Positions 35,540-44,869 of a DNA stretch of 51,471 nucleotides are shown in pieces. Each line of letters begins with the position of its first letter. Positions within the stretch are counted from its first letter, which is position 1. The position numbers and the translations under genes were made by a program. The stretch is taken from assembly GCA_043816345.1 (NCBI GenBank), contig JBDRIA010000040.1:1-51471 (forward strand). Direction: 5' to 3'. The DNA is from Chloroflexota bacterium (GTDB lineage Bacteria > Chloroflexota > Dehalococcoidia > Lucifugimonadales > UBA2985). The notes under the pieces are model-generated. The model was not told the origin of the DNA. It was given only the letters and a program-made list of their open reading frames with translations, and did no database searches.

Positions 35540-36606
35540 ATTGGCCCTTCCGTCTGAGGAAGGGCTGGCCCCCAGGTCTGGGGGTCGAGGGCGTTGAGGA
35601 GGCGGTTGAATGTCTCCTGGTATTTTGCCCCATCCTGCCACCCTGAGAAGTCGAGGACGTGGGTCGCCAGCACATCTGCCTTACGTGGGTGCTGCCATTC
35701 ATTCAAGACATAGTCGTCCAGTCGGACGGGAACCAGCACGTCTTCATCCAGCAGGTCGGGCTTTTCCCCCTGCTTCTCACCTTCACTCTTGCGCCGCATG
35801 TTTTCCGCCTTCAATGCCGCTTCTTTCTGGAGCGCCCGCTCTATCTCCCTCGGCACGCCGTCCTTTTGCAGAGATCTCTGGGAGCAGATGGTCACCATCT
35901 TGTCATTGTCTTGAAACGCGCGGTCAGGTTTGGCCAATACAGCTGCCACCGCGTCTTCGTCGTATTTCCAGCAGGGCACACCCTCGGCCTCCAGGTCTCT
36001 GTGGAGGCGGGTGGCGAAGTCTTCATCGGCAGAAGTATAGCGTATCAAACAGCGGGGGTATCTCCTCTCACCGCTTACCAGGGGCAGCAACGCGTCCAGG
36101 ATTTCCCTGGGTACGCCTGCGCCGAGGAGGAAGGCTCTCGGGATATTGCCCCCAGAGCGGATCATCGTGTCAATGCCAATACTACTCGGACTTTCATGCA
36201 CTACCAATCCCAGACCTCGACACTCGCCAAGATTGCAGTTGGCAAGGTTCGTAGACCCACATCTGGCCTGTGAGAGATTGGCCTCTGTGAGATCAACTCC
36301 GAATAGTTTAGCCAAATAAAGGTTAGCGCATGAGAGATTAGCCCGAATGAGGTAAGCCCAAGTCATGTCAGCCGACAAGAGGTCAGCCCCAGTTAAGTCA
36401 GCGCCGGAGAGGTCGGCCCAGGAAAGGTCAGAGCAAGAAAGGTTGGCTCCAGAGAGATTAGCTCCAGAGAGATTAGCCTTGGTGAGTTTAGACCAGATAA
36501 GGTTGGCCCCGGCGAGGTCAAGGTGCTCTTCCGGGTGCAACGTCTGCCATCTGGCTATGGCTTCGCTGCCTTCCCTCACCAACTGGACATGCTCTGGGTT
36601 TGCCAT
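35536..36606 (-). CDS. Pentapeptide-repeat plus TIR-domain protein
   Basis: A(N/D)LS repeats; SSIGIDT linker; TIR_2-like C.I.Y...DE.FA.RL..DL...GV.CW...REIERAL.KE...L.PVRLDD..DF..W. Confidence 0.85.
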   Translation of the reverse strand: MANPEHVQLVREGSEAIARWQTLHPEEHLDLAGANLIWSKLTKANLSGANLSGANLSCSDLSWADLSGADLTGADLLSADMTWAYLIRANLSCANLYLAKLFGVDLTEANLSQARCGSTNLANCNLGECRGLGLVVHESPSSIGIDTMIRSGGNIPRAFLLGAGVPREILDALLPLVSGERRYPRCLIRYTSADEDFATRLHRDLEAEGVPCWKYDEDAVAAVLAKPDRAFQDNDKMVTICSQRSLQKDGVPREIERALQKEAALKAENMRRKSEGEKQGEKPDLLDEDVLVPVRLDDYVLNEWQHPRKADVLATHVLDFSGWQDGAKYQETFNRLLNALDPQTWGPALPQTEGPI

Positions 36607-36662
36607 TGCTCTCTTCCTACGCTACTTGCCTAGTGTCCTGACCCTGAAATACGCGTGCGAAT

Positions 36663-36775
36663 TGTCATTGCGAGGAGTCCTTCCTGTATAGGAAGGACGA
36701 CGAAGCAATCTGGGGTGGCGCTCTGCCCCTCCACCAGATTGCCACGGACCTCCTTCGTCGGGCCTCGCAATGACA
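36663..36775. repeat. Palindromic REP-like element (TGTCATTGCGAGG family)
   Basis: TGTCATTGCGAGG...GCAATCTGG..CCAGATTGC...CCTCGCAATGACA. Confidence 0.8.
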
Positions 36776-36813
36776 GAGGCAACCCCTTTTCAACGAATCT
36801 CTGTTTCACCACA

Positions 36814-38169
36814 TTAGCTGCCAACAGCCCCCTCCAGCAGCCGCTTTGCCTCTTTCAGGGCCTCCTCAACCCGGCGCGGGCTGGTGCCGCCCGGCACGTC
36901 ATGGCTGGCGATGGAGGAGTCGAGGGTGATGGCGTACACGTCCTCATCGAAGCGCGGGGAGAGCCTGCGGTACTCCTCCAGGCTCATATCTGCCAGGCCC
37001 TTGCCCTGGGACATGGCCTGGCGCACCAGCTCCGAGACGATGCCATGTGCGCTGCGGAAAGGCTCGCCCTTCCTCACCAGGTAGTCGGCCAGGTCCGTGG
37101 CCAGGATGTAGCTGTCCTGGGCGGCCTCGCGGGTGCGCTCTGCGTTGACTGTCAAAGTGCTCACCATGCCGGCAAACACCTCCAGGGTGTTCAGCAAGGT
37201 GTCCACGGTATCGAAGAAGCCCTCCTTGTCCTCCTGGAGGTCCCGGTTGTAGGTGAGGGGAAGGCCCTTGAGAAGGGTGAGGATGCCCACCAGGTGGCCG
37301 TAGACGCGGCCAGTCTTGCCCCGGGCCAGCTCGGCGAAGTCCGGGTTGCGCTTCTGGGGCATGATGCTGCTGCCGGTGGTGTATGCATCGTCCAGGCGGA
37401 TGAAGTCGAACTCCTGGGAGGACCACAGCACCGTCTCTTCTGCCAGGCGGGAGAGGTGCATCATGCATGTGGCGGCGGTGGCATGGTACTCCACCAGAAA
37501 GTCCCGGTCGGCGACGGCATCCATGCTGTTCTGGCTTATCTTCCTGAAACCCAGCTCTTTGGCAACGAACTCACGGTCGAGGGGATATGGGACCCCTGCC
37601 AGCGCGCCGCTACCCAGGGGGAGGACATCGGCCCGATGGAGGCACTCCTGGAAGCGCTCCCGGTCTCGCTGGAGCATGTGGAAGTAGGCCAGCAGGTGAT
37701 GAGCGAAAAGGACGGGTTGGGCCCGCTGGAGATGGGTGTAGCCTGGGATGACCACCGTTTGATGGGCCTCGGCGGTGGCAATAAGGACTGTCTGGAGGGC
37801 CTTAATCTTTTCCTGGGTGTCCTGTATGGCCTCCTTACAGTACAGGCGCATGTCCGTGGCCACCTGGTCGTTGCGGGAGCGGCCGGTGTGGAGCTTCCCC
37901 GCCACGTCGCCTATCTTGTCGAAAAGGCGGGCCTCGATGTTCATGTGGAGGTCTTCCAACTCCTCTTTCCAGGGGAAGGAGCCTTCTTCAATCTCCTGCC
38001 GGATGGCACCAAGGCCCATGACGATGAGCTCGGCGTCCTTGTCCGTGATGATGCCCTGTTTTGCCAGCATGCGGGCGTGGGCTATCGACCCGGCCACGTC
38101 ATGCCGATACAGGCGACGGTCGTAGTGTATGGAGGCTGTGTAAGAGGAGTTCTTTGTTTCCTTGGCCAT
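36814..38169 (-). CDS. argH: Argininosuccinate lyase
   Basis: HTGRSRNDQ, PGYTHLQRAQP and TGSSIMPQKRNPD. Confidence 0.96.
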   Translation of the reverse strand: MAKETKNSSYTASIHYDRRLYRHDVAGSIAHARMLAKQGIITDKDAELIVMGLGAIRQEIEEGSFPWKEELEDLHMNIEARLFDKIGDVAGKLHTGRSRNDQVATDMRLYCKEAIQDTQEKIKALQTVLIATAEAHQTVVIPGYTHLQRAQPVLFAHHLLAYFHMLQRDRERFQECLHRADVLPLGSGALAGVPYPLDREFVAKELGFRKISQNSMDAVADRDFLVEYHATAATCMMHLSRLAEETVLWSSQEFDFIRLDDAYTTGSSIMPQKRNPDFAELARGKTGRVYGHLVGILTLLKGLPLTYNRDLQEDKEGFFDTVDTLLNTLEVFAGMVSTLTVNAERTREAAQDSYILATDLADYLVRKGEPFRSAHGIVSELVRQAMSQGKGLADMSLEEYRRLSPRFDEDVYAITLDSSIASHDVPGGTSPRRVEEALKEAKRLLEGAVGS

Positions 38170-38180
38170 CAGCTTGCTAA

Positions 38181-38326
38181 GAGGGTGTTTTCAAAGGGAT
38201 GCGCTACATTGCGAACGGTCTACCCCCTCTCTGACTCTCCCCCGTCGCACGGGGGAGAGAAATCCCTTCCCCTGCTCGCGGGGGAAGGTTAGGATGGGGG
38301 CCTTCCGCGGCTTGGGAAACACCCTC
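38181..38326. mobile_element. 146-bp MITE, copy 2, with a TAA target duplication
   Basis: taa-GAGGGTGTTT...AAACACCCTC-taa; near-identical to 5018-5163. Confidence 0.88.
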
Positions 38327-38689
38327 TAAGGGAAGCATGAGGATGTCGGTGCGCTCAAGCTGCCCAGACCTGGGGTCTACGCGTAGTGCCATGACTTCCA
38401 GGGCGGTCACTCCCAGGATAGATTGGTCACCCTCTTCCCCAAATAGCACACTAACAAACCCTCTGGCGTTTTCATAGGTGAGGAAGACCCCTCCTATCTC
38501 GCGCTCCATGACCTCTCCCCCGAAAGCCCGTACCCGCTGCCTGTCAACGGGTGTGACGCCCAGGCGCTCCAGCATGGCCCGTGGGATCACGCTGAGTATA
38601 GCCCCTGTGTCTACCAGAAGCTCAATCTCCTCGCTTCTATCGGGAGAAGCAGGGGCGGCGACGTTGACCCGAACGTAGGTAAAACCCAA
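38204..38689 (-). CDS. Clan AA (retropepsin-like) aspartyl protease; C-terminus extended by the MITE
   Basis: LLVDTGA and ILGVTALE motifs; TTG start after AAGGAAGAGG. Confidence 0.85.
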   Translation of the reverse strand: MGFTYVRVNVAAPASPDRSEEIELLVDTGAILSVIPRAMLERLGVTPVDRQRVRAFGGEVMEREIGGVFLTYENARGFVSVLFGEEGDQSILGVTALEVMALRVDPRSGQLERTDILMLPLEGVSQAAEGPHPNLPPRAGEGISLPRATGESQRGGRPFAM

Positions 38690-38702
38690 TGTTGCCTCTT
38701 CC

Positions 38703-39923
38703 TTAGCCACTCTCACTCAGCTCTGGAAGGTCAAGGGGCTGGACTCTGGCCTGGGTGCGGCCAGCCAGTCCGTAGATGTGTATGAACCCCTCCGAGGAGC
38801 GATGGTCGAAGCGGTCTCCAACATCGTAGGTGGCCAGGTCGTGCTGGTAGAGGGAGTATGGTGAGCTCCTGCCTACCACGGTGCAGTTGCCCTTGAAGAG
38901 CTTCAGACGGACCGTCCCTGTAACGTAGCGCTGGGTGCTTTTCACATAGGCATCCAGGTCCTGGTGGTAGCCGGTGTACCACAGGCCGTTGTAGACGTGC
39001 TCGGCGTACTCCTGGGCTACCTTCTCCTTGAGTCGAAGCTGGTCCCTGCTCAGGGTGATGCTTTCCAATGCCCTGTGGGCCGCATGGAGCACCGTCGCGG
39101 CAGGAGCCTCATACACCTCCCGGGACTTGATGCCTACCAGGCGGTCTTCCAGGTGGTCTACGCGTCCCACGCCGTGCTCTCCGGCGACGTCGCTGAGGTG
39201 CTGGATCAGGGCAATGCCGTTCATCCCTTCGCCGTCCAGGGACAGGGGCAGACCATGCTCGAAGGACATCTCTAGATACAGGGGAGTCTGGGGAGCGTTC
39301 TCGGGAGACCGGGTCAAGGAGTAGACCTCTTCCGGCGGCTCCAGCCAGGGGTCTTCCAGGTTCCCAGCTTCTATGCTGCGGCCCCACAGGTTCTCGTCCA
39401 AGGAGTAAGGGCTGCGCTGCTCCAACTCCAGGGTCACATTTTGGCTCTGGGCGTACTGGATCTCTTCTTCACGGGTCATGTTCCACTCCCTGGCGGGAGC
39501 GATGATGCGAAGGGAAGGGTCCATGCCGGCGATGCTGAGATCGAAACGAACTTGGTCGTTGCCCTTGCCGGTGCAGCCGTGGGCTACGGCCTGAGCGCCT
39601 TCTTGATGGGCCACGTCCAGCAGATAGCGGGCTATGAGGGGACGTCCCAGGGCCGTAGCCAGCGAGTACTGCCCCTGGTAGATGGCTCCGGCCTGCAAGG
39701 CGGGGAAGACGAAGTGCCGCACGAAGTCCTCCTTGCCATCCACCGTCAGGGCCTTGACGGCCCCTGCCGCAAGGGCCTTCTCCTCCACATCGCTTCTTCC
39801 CTTTCCTCCTCCCAGGTCTGCTGTGAGGGTTATAACCTGAGCATCGTATTTTTCTTTCAGCCAGGGAATGGCCACAGAGGTATCCAGCCCCCCGCTGTAT
39901 GCAAGCACTATTTTCATCGCCAC
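38703..39923 (-). CDS. argG: Argininosuccinate synthase
   Basis: VLAYSGGLDTS, HGCTGKGNDQVRF and GIKSREVYEAP. Confidence 0.96.
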   Translation of the reverse strand: MAMKIVLAYSGGLDTSVAIPWLKEKYDAQVITLTADLGGGKGRSDVEEKALAAGAVKALTVDGKEDFVRHFVFPALQAGAIYQGQYSLATALGRPLIARYLLDVAHQEGAQAVAHGCTGKGNDQVRFDLSIAGMDPSLRIIAPAREWNMTREEEIQYAQSQNVTLELEQRSPYSLDENLWGRSIEAGNLEDPWLEPPEEVYSLTRSPENAPQTPLYLEMSFEHGLPLSLDGEGMNGIALIQHLSDVAGEHGVGRVDHLEDRLVGIKSREVYEAPAATVLHAAHRALESITLSRDQLRLKEKVAQEYAEHVYNGLWYTGYHQDLDAYVKSTQRYVTGTVRLKLFKGNCTVVGRSSPYSLYQHDLATYDVGDRFDHRSSEGFIHIYGLAGRTQARVQPLDLPELSESG

Positions 39924-39953
39924 TTTATAGTTCCCCTTCCAGGTAGAAATCGT

Positions 39954-41144
39954 TTAGCCGAATGTTACTTTGCTCAGCGCCCTTTCCAGTCGCTCCAGCG
40001 CCAGGTCCACCTCCTGTGATGTCACGGTTAAAGGAGGCATAAGGCGAAGGGCATTGGGGCGCAGGGGATTGAGGAGCAATCCCTCCTGGTTACACAGGGA
40101 TACTATCTGAGCCGAGACGTCGCTGTTGAACTGGAGGGCCAGCAGCAGCCCCATGCCTCGCACCTGGGTGATAAACTCGTGGCGGGATTCAAGGGCGTTC
40201 AGGCCCTCTCTAAGGCGCTGACCCACGGCACTGACATGGGCAGGAATGTCATTCTGGATCACGTAGTCCACCACCGCGGAGGCCGCGGCGCACGTGAGGG
40301 CATTGCCTCCAAATGTGGAGCCGTGGTCTCCAGGGGCCAGGAGGCAGAACTTCTCTTTGGCCAGAAACGCGCCGATGGGGACGCCTCCACCGAGGCCCTT
40401 GGCCAGGGTAATGGCGTCGGGCTCCGCCCCAAACCGCTGGTAGCCAAAGAGGGTGCCCAAGCGACCTATACCCGTCTGCACCTCGTCCAGGATCATCACC
40501 AGGTCTTGCTCATCGCACCACTCCCTTACCTGTTTCAAGTAGTTGGGGGATGGGACGTTGACGCCTCCTTCTCCCTGCACGGGCTCCAGCATGACGGCGC
40601 ATGTCTCACTATTGGTGGCCCCTTTGATGGCATCTATGTCATCGTATGGGACGTTAATGAAGCCTGGGGAGAGGGGTTGCCACTGCTCCTGGTAGTGGGG
40701 CTGGCCCGTGGCTGCCGCCATGGCCAGGGTGCGGCCATGGAAAGAGTCCAGGGCTGTGATAACCTGATAGGCTCCACTGCGCTGGGTACGGCCGTACTTT
40801 CGGGCCAGCTTGACCACTCCCTCATTGGCCTCCGCACCGCTGTTGCAGAAGAAGACCCGGTCAAGGCAACTGTTCTCTACTAGAAGGCGGGCCAGCTTGA
40901 GTTGGGGCACGGTGTAGAATTGATTGGAGGTCTGCATCAGGGTATGGGCCTGCTCCTCCAACGCACTGACCAGGGCGGGATGACAGTGGCCCAGGGTGTT
41001 GACTGCCCAGCCGGAGGTGAAATCCAGATACTCCTTCTCATCCTCATCCCATACTCGCGTGCCCTCTCCTCGCACAATTACGATGGGCTGGCGCCGGGCC
41101 ACCTGCATGTAGTACTTGTTTTCCAGATCAGTCCAGTCGCTCAT
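39954..41144 (-). CDS. argD: Acetylornithine aminotransferase
   Basis: FFCNSGAEANE, SFHGRT, EPVQGEGG, DEVQTG, AKGLGGG and HGSTFGGN. Confidence 0.94.
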   Translation of the reverse strand: MSDWTDLENKYYMQVARRQPIVIVRGEGTRVWDEDEKEYLDFTSGWAVNTLGHCHPALVSALEEQAHTLMQTSNQFYTVPQLKLARLLVENSCLDRVFFCNSGAEANEGVVKLARKYGRTQRSGAYQVITALDSFHGRTLAMAAATGQPHYQEQWQPLSPGFINVPYDDIDAIKGATNSETCAVMLEPVQGEGGVNVPSPNYLKQVREWCDEQDLVMILDEVQTGIGRLGTLFGYQRFGAEPDAITLAKGLGGGVPIGAFLAKEKFCLLAPGDHGSTFGGNALTCAAASAVVDYVIQNDIPAHVSAVGQRLREGLNALESRHEFITQVRGMGLLLALQFNSDVSAQIVSLCNQEGLLLNPLRPNALRLMPPLTVTSQEVDLALERLERALSKVTFG

Positions 41145-43990
41145 TGTTCTCCTTCCTCAGTGGATTCCAGGAACTCCTCCAGGTCCTGCTCTAGCTGATC
41201 CAGGGCCCGTTGGAGGTCCTCGAAAGCCTGTCTTACATCTTCTTTTATCTGCTGTTGTGTCGTGGGCTCTGTGGGAGAGGGGGGAGTATCTTCTTCATCT
41301 GCCTGTCTTCCCAACAGTGCGTCCAGAGCGCTCTTGAAGTCGCCCTTCATAACCACCCGCCTGGCGTCGGCTACAGTGACCTGTTTGAGCTCGGGGAAGG
41401 CGATGCTCTCTGCCTGGATGTAAAGGGGCTCCACGTACATCAGGAACTTCTGGCCTTCATGGACAATGGGTATGACCAGCAGGTTGCCCCTTATGCACCT
41501 GGCCCCTCTCTGGCACAGGAGGGTGAACTGCTGCTTGATGGTGAAGTCCTGGTCTATACGGGCCTCCACCTGCTCAGGGCCGTCCACCTGCGTGACCCTG
41601 GGAAACAGGAACGCCTTCAGGGTGCCGTACTGGCCCTGGTCGTTGTCGCTGCGGGCTGCCAGCCAGGCCACCTGGTTGGGTTTGTCCAGGGGAGTGAAGG
41701 GAAGCATAAGGACGAACTCCTCTTTCTCTTCCCCCGGCAGCTTCATGATGACGTAGTATGGCTTCATGGGCTGCACTGTCTCGAAAAACAGCTCTCGGGG
41801 TACGCTCCAGGGGTCTTCTTTGCGGTAGAAGTCGACGGTGTCTCGCATGTGGTACAGGAGGTACTTCTCTGCCTGGATGGAGAAGAAGTCCGGGGGGTAG
41901 CGGATATGAGATTGCAGTGCCTCCGGCATCTCCTCCCTGGGCTTGAAGAGCTTGGGAAATACCTTTGCATAGGTCTGAATAATGGCATCGTCTTCGTCAA
42001 AGATGTAGAAATCCACCTCTCCCGTGTACGCGTCAACTACTGCCTTTACGCTGTTACGAATGTAGTTGAACTCGTTATGGAAGGGGTCGGAGTACGGGTA
42101 GTGATTGGTGACGGTATAGGCGTCCTGAATCCACCATAGCTTGCCCTCGGCCACCACCATATACGGGTCTGCGTCCAGGCGTAGGAACGGAGCTATCTGA
42201 TTGACCCTGCTCTGGACCAGGCGTCGGTACTGGATGCTGCTCTCGGAGGTTATGGCACTGCTGATGAGGATATTGATGTCAGCGAACTCCAATGCATATG
42301 CCAGGCGGCGTACGATGGAGCTAAGGTGCACCCCTCCATTGCCATCGTATGTGTAATCCGTGCTGGCGCTTACGTTCGCATCAATGGCCGGGAAATCGAA
42401 CTCGGTCTCTTTGGAGTTGACGATGACGTAGTTGGCGCTGTTCTCTCCGTAATAGATCTGAGGCAGGGTCACATTGGGGACACTCCCCTCCAGGGACTCC
42501 TTCCCGGCCTTGGGGGGAATGTCCTTGATGAAGAACTCCGGGTTTCCTTCGGGAGTGAACTCCGTCGTCGGGCTCATGGCCACACCGTAGCCGTGGGTGT
42601 ACTGGAGGCGCTTGTTGACCCAGGATTGAGATCCTTCGGGCAGGTCCTCGGGGAATAGCTCCCGGGCTCCCAGCACCACCTGGCGAATGGTCCCATCTAT
42701 TTCATAACGGTCTATGTCCACGCCTGCAAAACGATAGTAAGCTGTGAAGTACTGAATCTGGTTGTAGATGCTCCTGAGAGGGCGGCGGTCCCACAGGCGT
42801 ATGTTATCAATGGTCTCCGGGTTGGCGGCCACCGCTTCAGCGGTCAGAGGCGCAAGCTGGCCAGCCAGAGGGCCCGTCGCTATCGTAGCCAGATTGTAGT
42901 CCTCTTCGACGATGCGGTCCAGGGCAAAGCCTTGGCGAGTGAACTCAATGTTGCGGGGAATGTAGGTGCGCTCCTTGTCCAGCTCGTTAGGAGTTACCTG
43001 AAAGCGCTGCACCAGAGAGGGATAGACGGCCCCTACGATGATGGCTGCCGCGACCCACAATCCGAGTCCTCCCAGGATAATCCTGGGAGAACGGAAGTAG
43101 GCGTTGGCCAGGAGAAGGAGACCCATAATGCTACCGACTACCATGAGAATTCGCAGGGCGGGGAGGCGCGCGTTCAGGTCGGTGTAAGCGGCGCCAAAGA
43201 TAGCGCCTTCGGAGGAAAACAGGAGCTCGTAGATGTCTATCCAGTAGCTCAAGGTGATTACTAGAAGCAGCAACCCCAGTAGAATGGAAGCATGACTTAT
43301 CATCGGAGGGGTAATGGCCTGGGCCAGGTTGAGGCCTCTCAGGCTCAGGTTGATGAGGTAAATTGAGACCGTCAACACCATGGTGACAATGACGGCTCCC
43401 AGCAACCAACCCTGCACCAGGTTCAACATCGGTATGGTGAACACGTAGAAGGATATGTTCTTATGAAAGACCGGGTCATCTGCAGAGACGACCTGGCCAG
43501 AGGTTGCGTCTACCGTGGTAAAGGCCACCGCGTTGATAAAGCGAAGAAGCGTCTCCCATTGGCCGCTGACTACGGAGCCGAAGATAATGGCGAGTATGAA
43601 TATACTTAGCCATATGCCCCACAGAAAGAGACGTTTCAGCAGGGCATAGATCTCGGGGGCTAGGGGTATTGCAGATTCACCCCCCGGGGTTCGGTAAGCG
43701 AACACCGCGCTGGGGGTGATGATTGCGGTAATGGCCAAGGCTCCGGCGAAGAAGAGCCATACCCTGGTAGCAAGGATTTTCACATAAACGCTTCTATAGT
43801 CCAGGGCATCGAACCAGAGCCAGTTGGTGTATATCTGCCTGAGTATGTTGAGGAGGATAAGGGTGAGTATTAGGCCGCCGACGATCAGCCCCCACTTCAA
43901 CAGGGGGCCTGGATCAAAAGGCATGACCATCCCTTCGCTCTCCCCGTTAGGGAACGGGGACCAGCCTTGGTCGCCCCGGAAGCTAAACAT
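41141..43990 (-). CDS. UPF0182-family membrane protein
   Basis: YT.WLWF, DPVF..NISFYVF, NIRLWD, YTHGYG, NYIRNSVK and GNLLVIP. Confidence 0.92.
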   Translation of the reverse strand: MFSFRGDQGWSPFPNGESEGMVMPFDPGPLLKWGLIVGGLILTLILLNILRQIYTNWLWFDALDYRSVYVKILATRVWLFFAGALAITAIITPSAVFAYRTPGGESAIPLAPEIYALLKRLFLWGIWLSIFILAIIFGSVVSGQWETLLRFINAVAFTTVDATSGQVVSADDPVFHKNISFYVFTIPMLNLVQGWLLGAVIVTMVLTVSIYLINLSLRGLNLAQAITPPMISHASILLGLLLLVITLSYWIDIYELLFSSEGAIFGAAYTDLNARLPALRILMVVGSIMGLLLLANAYFRSPRIILGGLGLWVAAAIIVGAVYPSLVQRFQVTPNELDKERTYIPRNIEFTRQGFALDRIVEEDYNLATIATGPLAGQLAPLTAEAVAANPETIDNIRLWDRRPLRSIYNQIQYFTAYYRFAGVDIDRYEIDGTIRQVVLGARELFPEDLPEGSQSWVNKRLQYTHGYGVAMSPTTEFTPEGNPEFFIKDIPPKAGKESLEGSVPNVTLPQIYYGENSANYVIVNSKETEFDFPAIDANVSASTDYTYDGNGGVHLSSIVRRLAYALEFADINILISSAITSESSIQYRRLVQSRVNQIAPFLRLDADPYMVVAEGKLWWIQDAYTVTNHYPYSDPFHNEFNYIRNSVKAVVDAYTGEVDFYIFDEDDAIIQTYAKVFPKLFKPREEMPEALQSHIRYPPDFFSIQAEKYLLYHMRDTVDFYRKEDPWSVPRELFFETVQPMKPYYVIMKLPGEEKEEFVLMLPFTPLDKPNQVAWLAARSDNDQGQYGTLKAFLFPRVTQVDGPEQVEARIDQDFTIKQQFTLLCQRGARCIRGNLLVIPIVHEGQKFLMYVEPLYIQAESIAFPELKQVTVADARRVVMKGDFKSALDALLGRQADEEDTPPSPTEPTTQQQIKEDVRQAFEDLQRALDQLEQDLEEFLESTEEGEQ

Positions 43991-43995
43991 CGCGC

Positions 43996-44808
43996 CTAGC
44001 CGATCCTGGTACCAGAGGGTCGTCCCTCCACGAAGTTCAGGAGAGCCTGGCTCCTCCTACCATCTAAGATCTGGGCTACTCTTACTTTTTCCAGGGCGCG
44101 AAGGCAAGCTTCCACCTTGGGGATCATGCCCCCGGCAATGGTGCCTGCACGCATTAAACCGGCTCCCTGAGCGGCAGTGAGGCGGTTGACGAGGCGACGA
44201 TTAGAGTCCATCACCCCCTCCACGTCGGTGAGGAAGACCAGTGACTCGGCCTCCAGTTCCCATGCTATCTCTCCGGTGGCCGTGTCCCCGTTGACGTTGA
44301 GGAGGACTCCGCTGTACTCCGAGGAGTCTATGCAATGAATGGCCACTGGAGCTATGACGGGGATGTAACCGCCAGCCAGAGCCTGGCGGATGGGAGTAGG
44401 GTCTACCCGTAGAATCTGTCCTACGTATCCCAACTCAGGATCCAGGATTTTTGCCTGGAGCATCCCGCCATCTACGCCGCTCATGCCCAGGGCCTTACCT
44501 CCCAGTCTTTGAATAGAGGCCACAAGGTTCTTGTTCACCAGGCCACCCAGTATTGCCGCCACAATCTCCATGCTGGGGGCATCGGTCACCCTGAGACCTT
44601 TGATGAAGCGAGGCAGCGTTCCCTGCTTCTCCATCCATTGAGAGATTACCTGCCCGCCACCATGAACCACTACGGGGATGGTACCCTGCTGCTGAAGAGC
44701 AACCAGGTCCTGCAGGGTGGTATCCTGGCTGCTCAGAATGCTTCCCCCTATCTTGACTGCCAGGATAGGATGAAGAGGCGACTCAGGGGACGAGATTGGT
44801 TTTTCCAT
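43996..44808 (-). CDS. argB: Acetylglutamate kinase
   Basis: VKIGGS, VHGGG, GLRVTD, NVNGD and GGMIPK. Confidence 0.95.
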   Translation of the reverse strand: MEKPISSPESPLHPILAVKIGGSILSSQDTTLQDLVALQQQGTIPVVVHGGGQVISQWMEKQGTLPRFIKGLRVTDAPSMEIVAAILGGLVNKNLVASIQRLGGKALGMSGVDGGMLQAKILDPELGYVGQILRVDPTPIRQALAGGYIPVIAPVAIHCIDSSEYSGVLLNVNGDTATGEIAWELEAESLVFLTDVEGVMDSNRRLVNRLTAAQGAGLMRAGTIAGGMIPKVEACLRALEKVRVAQILDGRRSQALLNFVEGRPSGTRIG

Positions 44809-44869
44809 TCAGAGGTCTCCCAGCTACCACTGCACAGCCCTTCCCTGGAAGGGCACAGCAGCCCACGGA

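Noticed and set aside
36655-38292. 545-aa plus-strand ORF
   Set aside because: Antisense shadow of argH running through a REP and a MITE, with no recognisable motifs. Long antisense ORFs are expected at this GC content, as also seen opposite ubiD, gltA, the TEP and UPF0182.
41141-43990. UPF0182 gene inside the arg operon as a novelty
   Set aside because: A known family; I recall a similar placement in Dehalococcoidia, so it is likely ancestral synteny (not verified).
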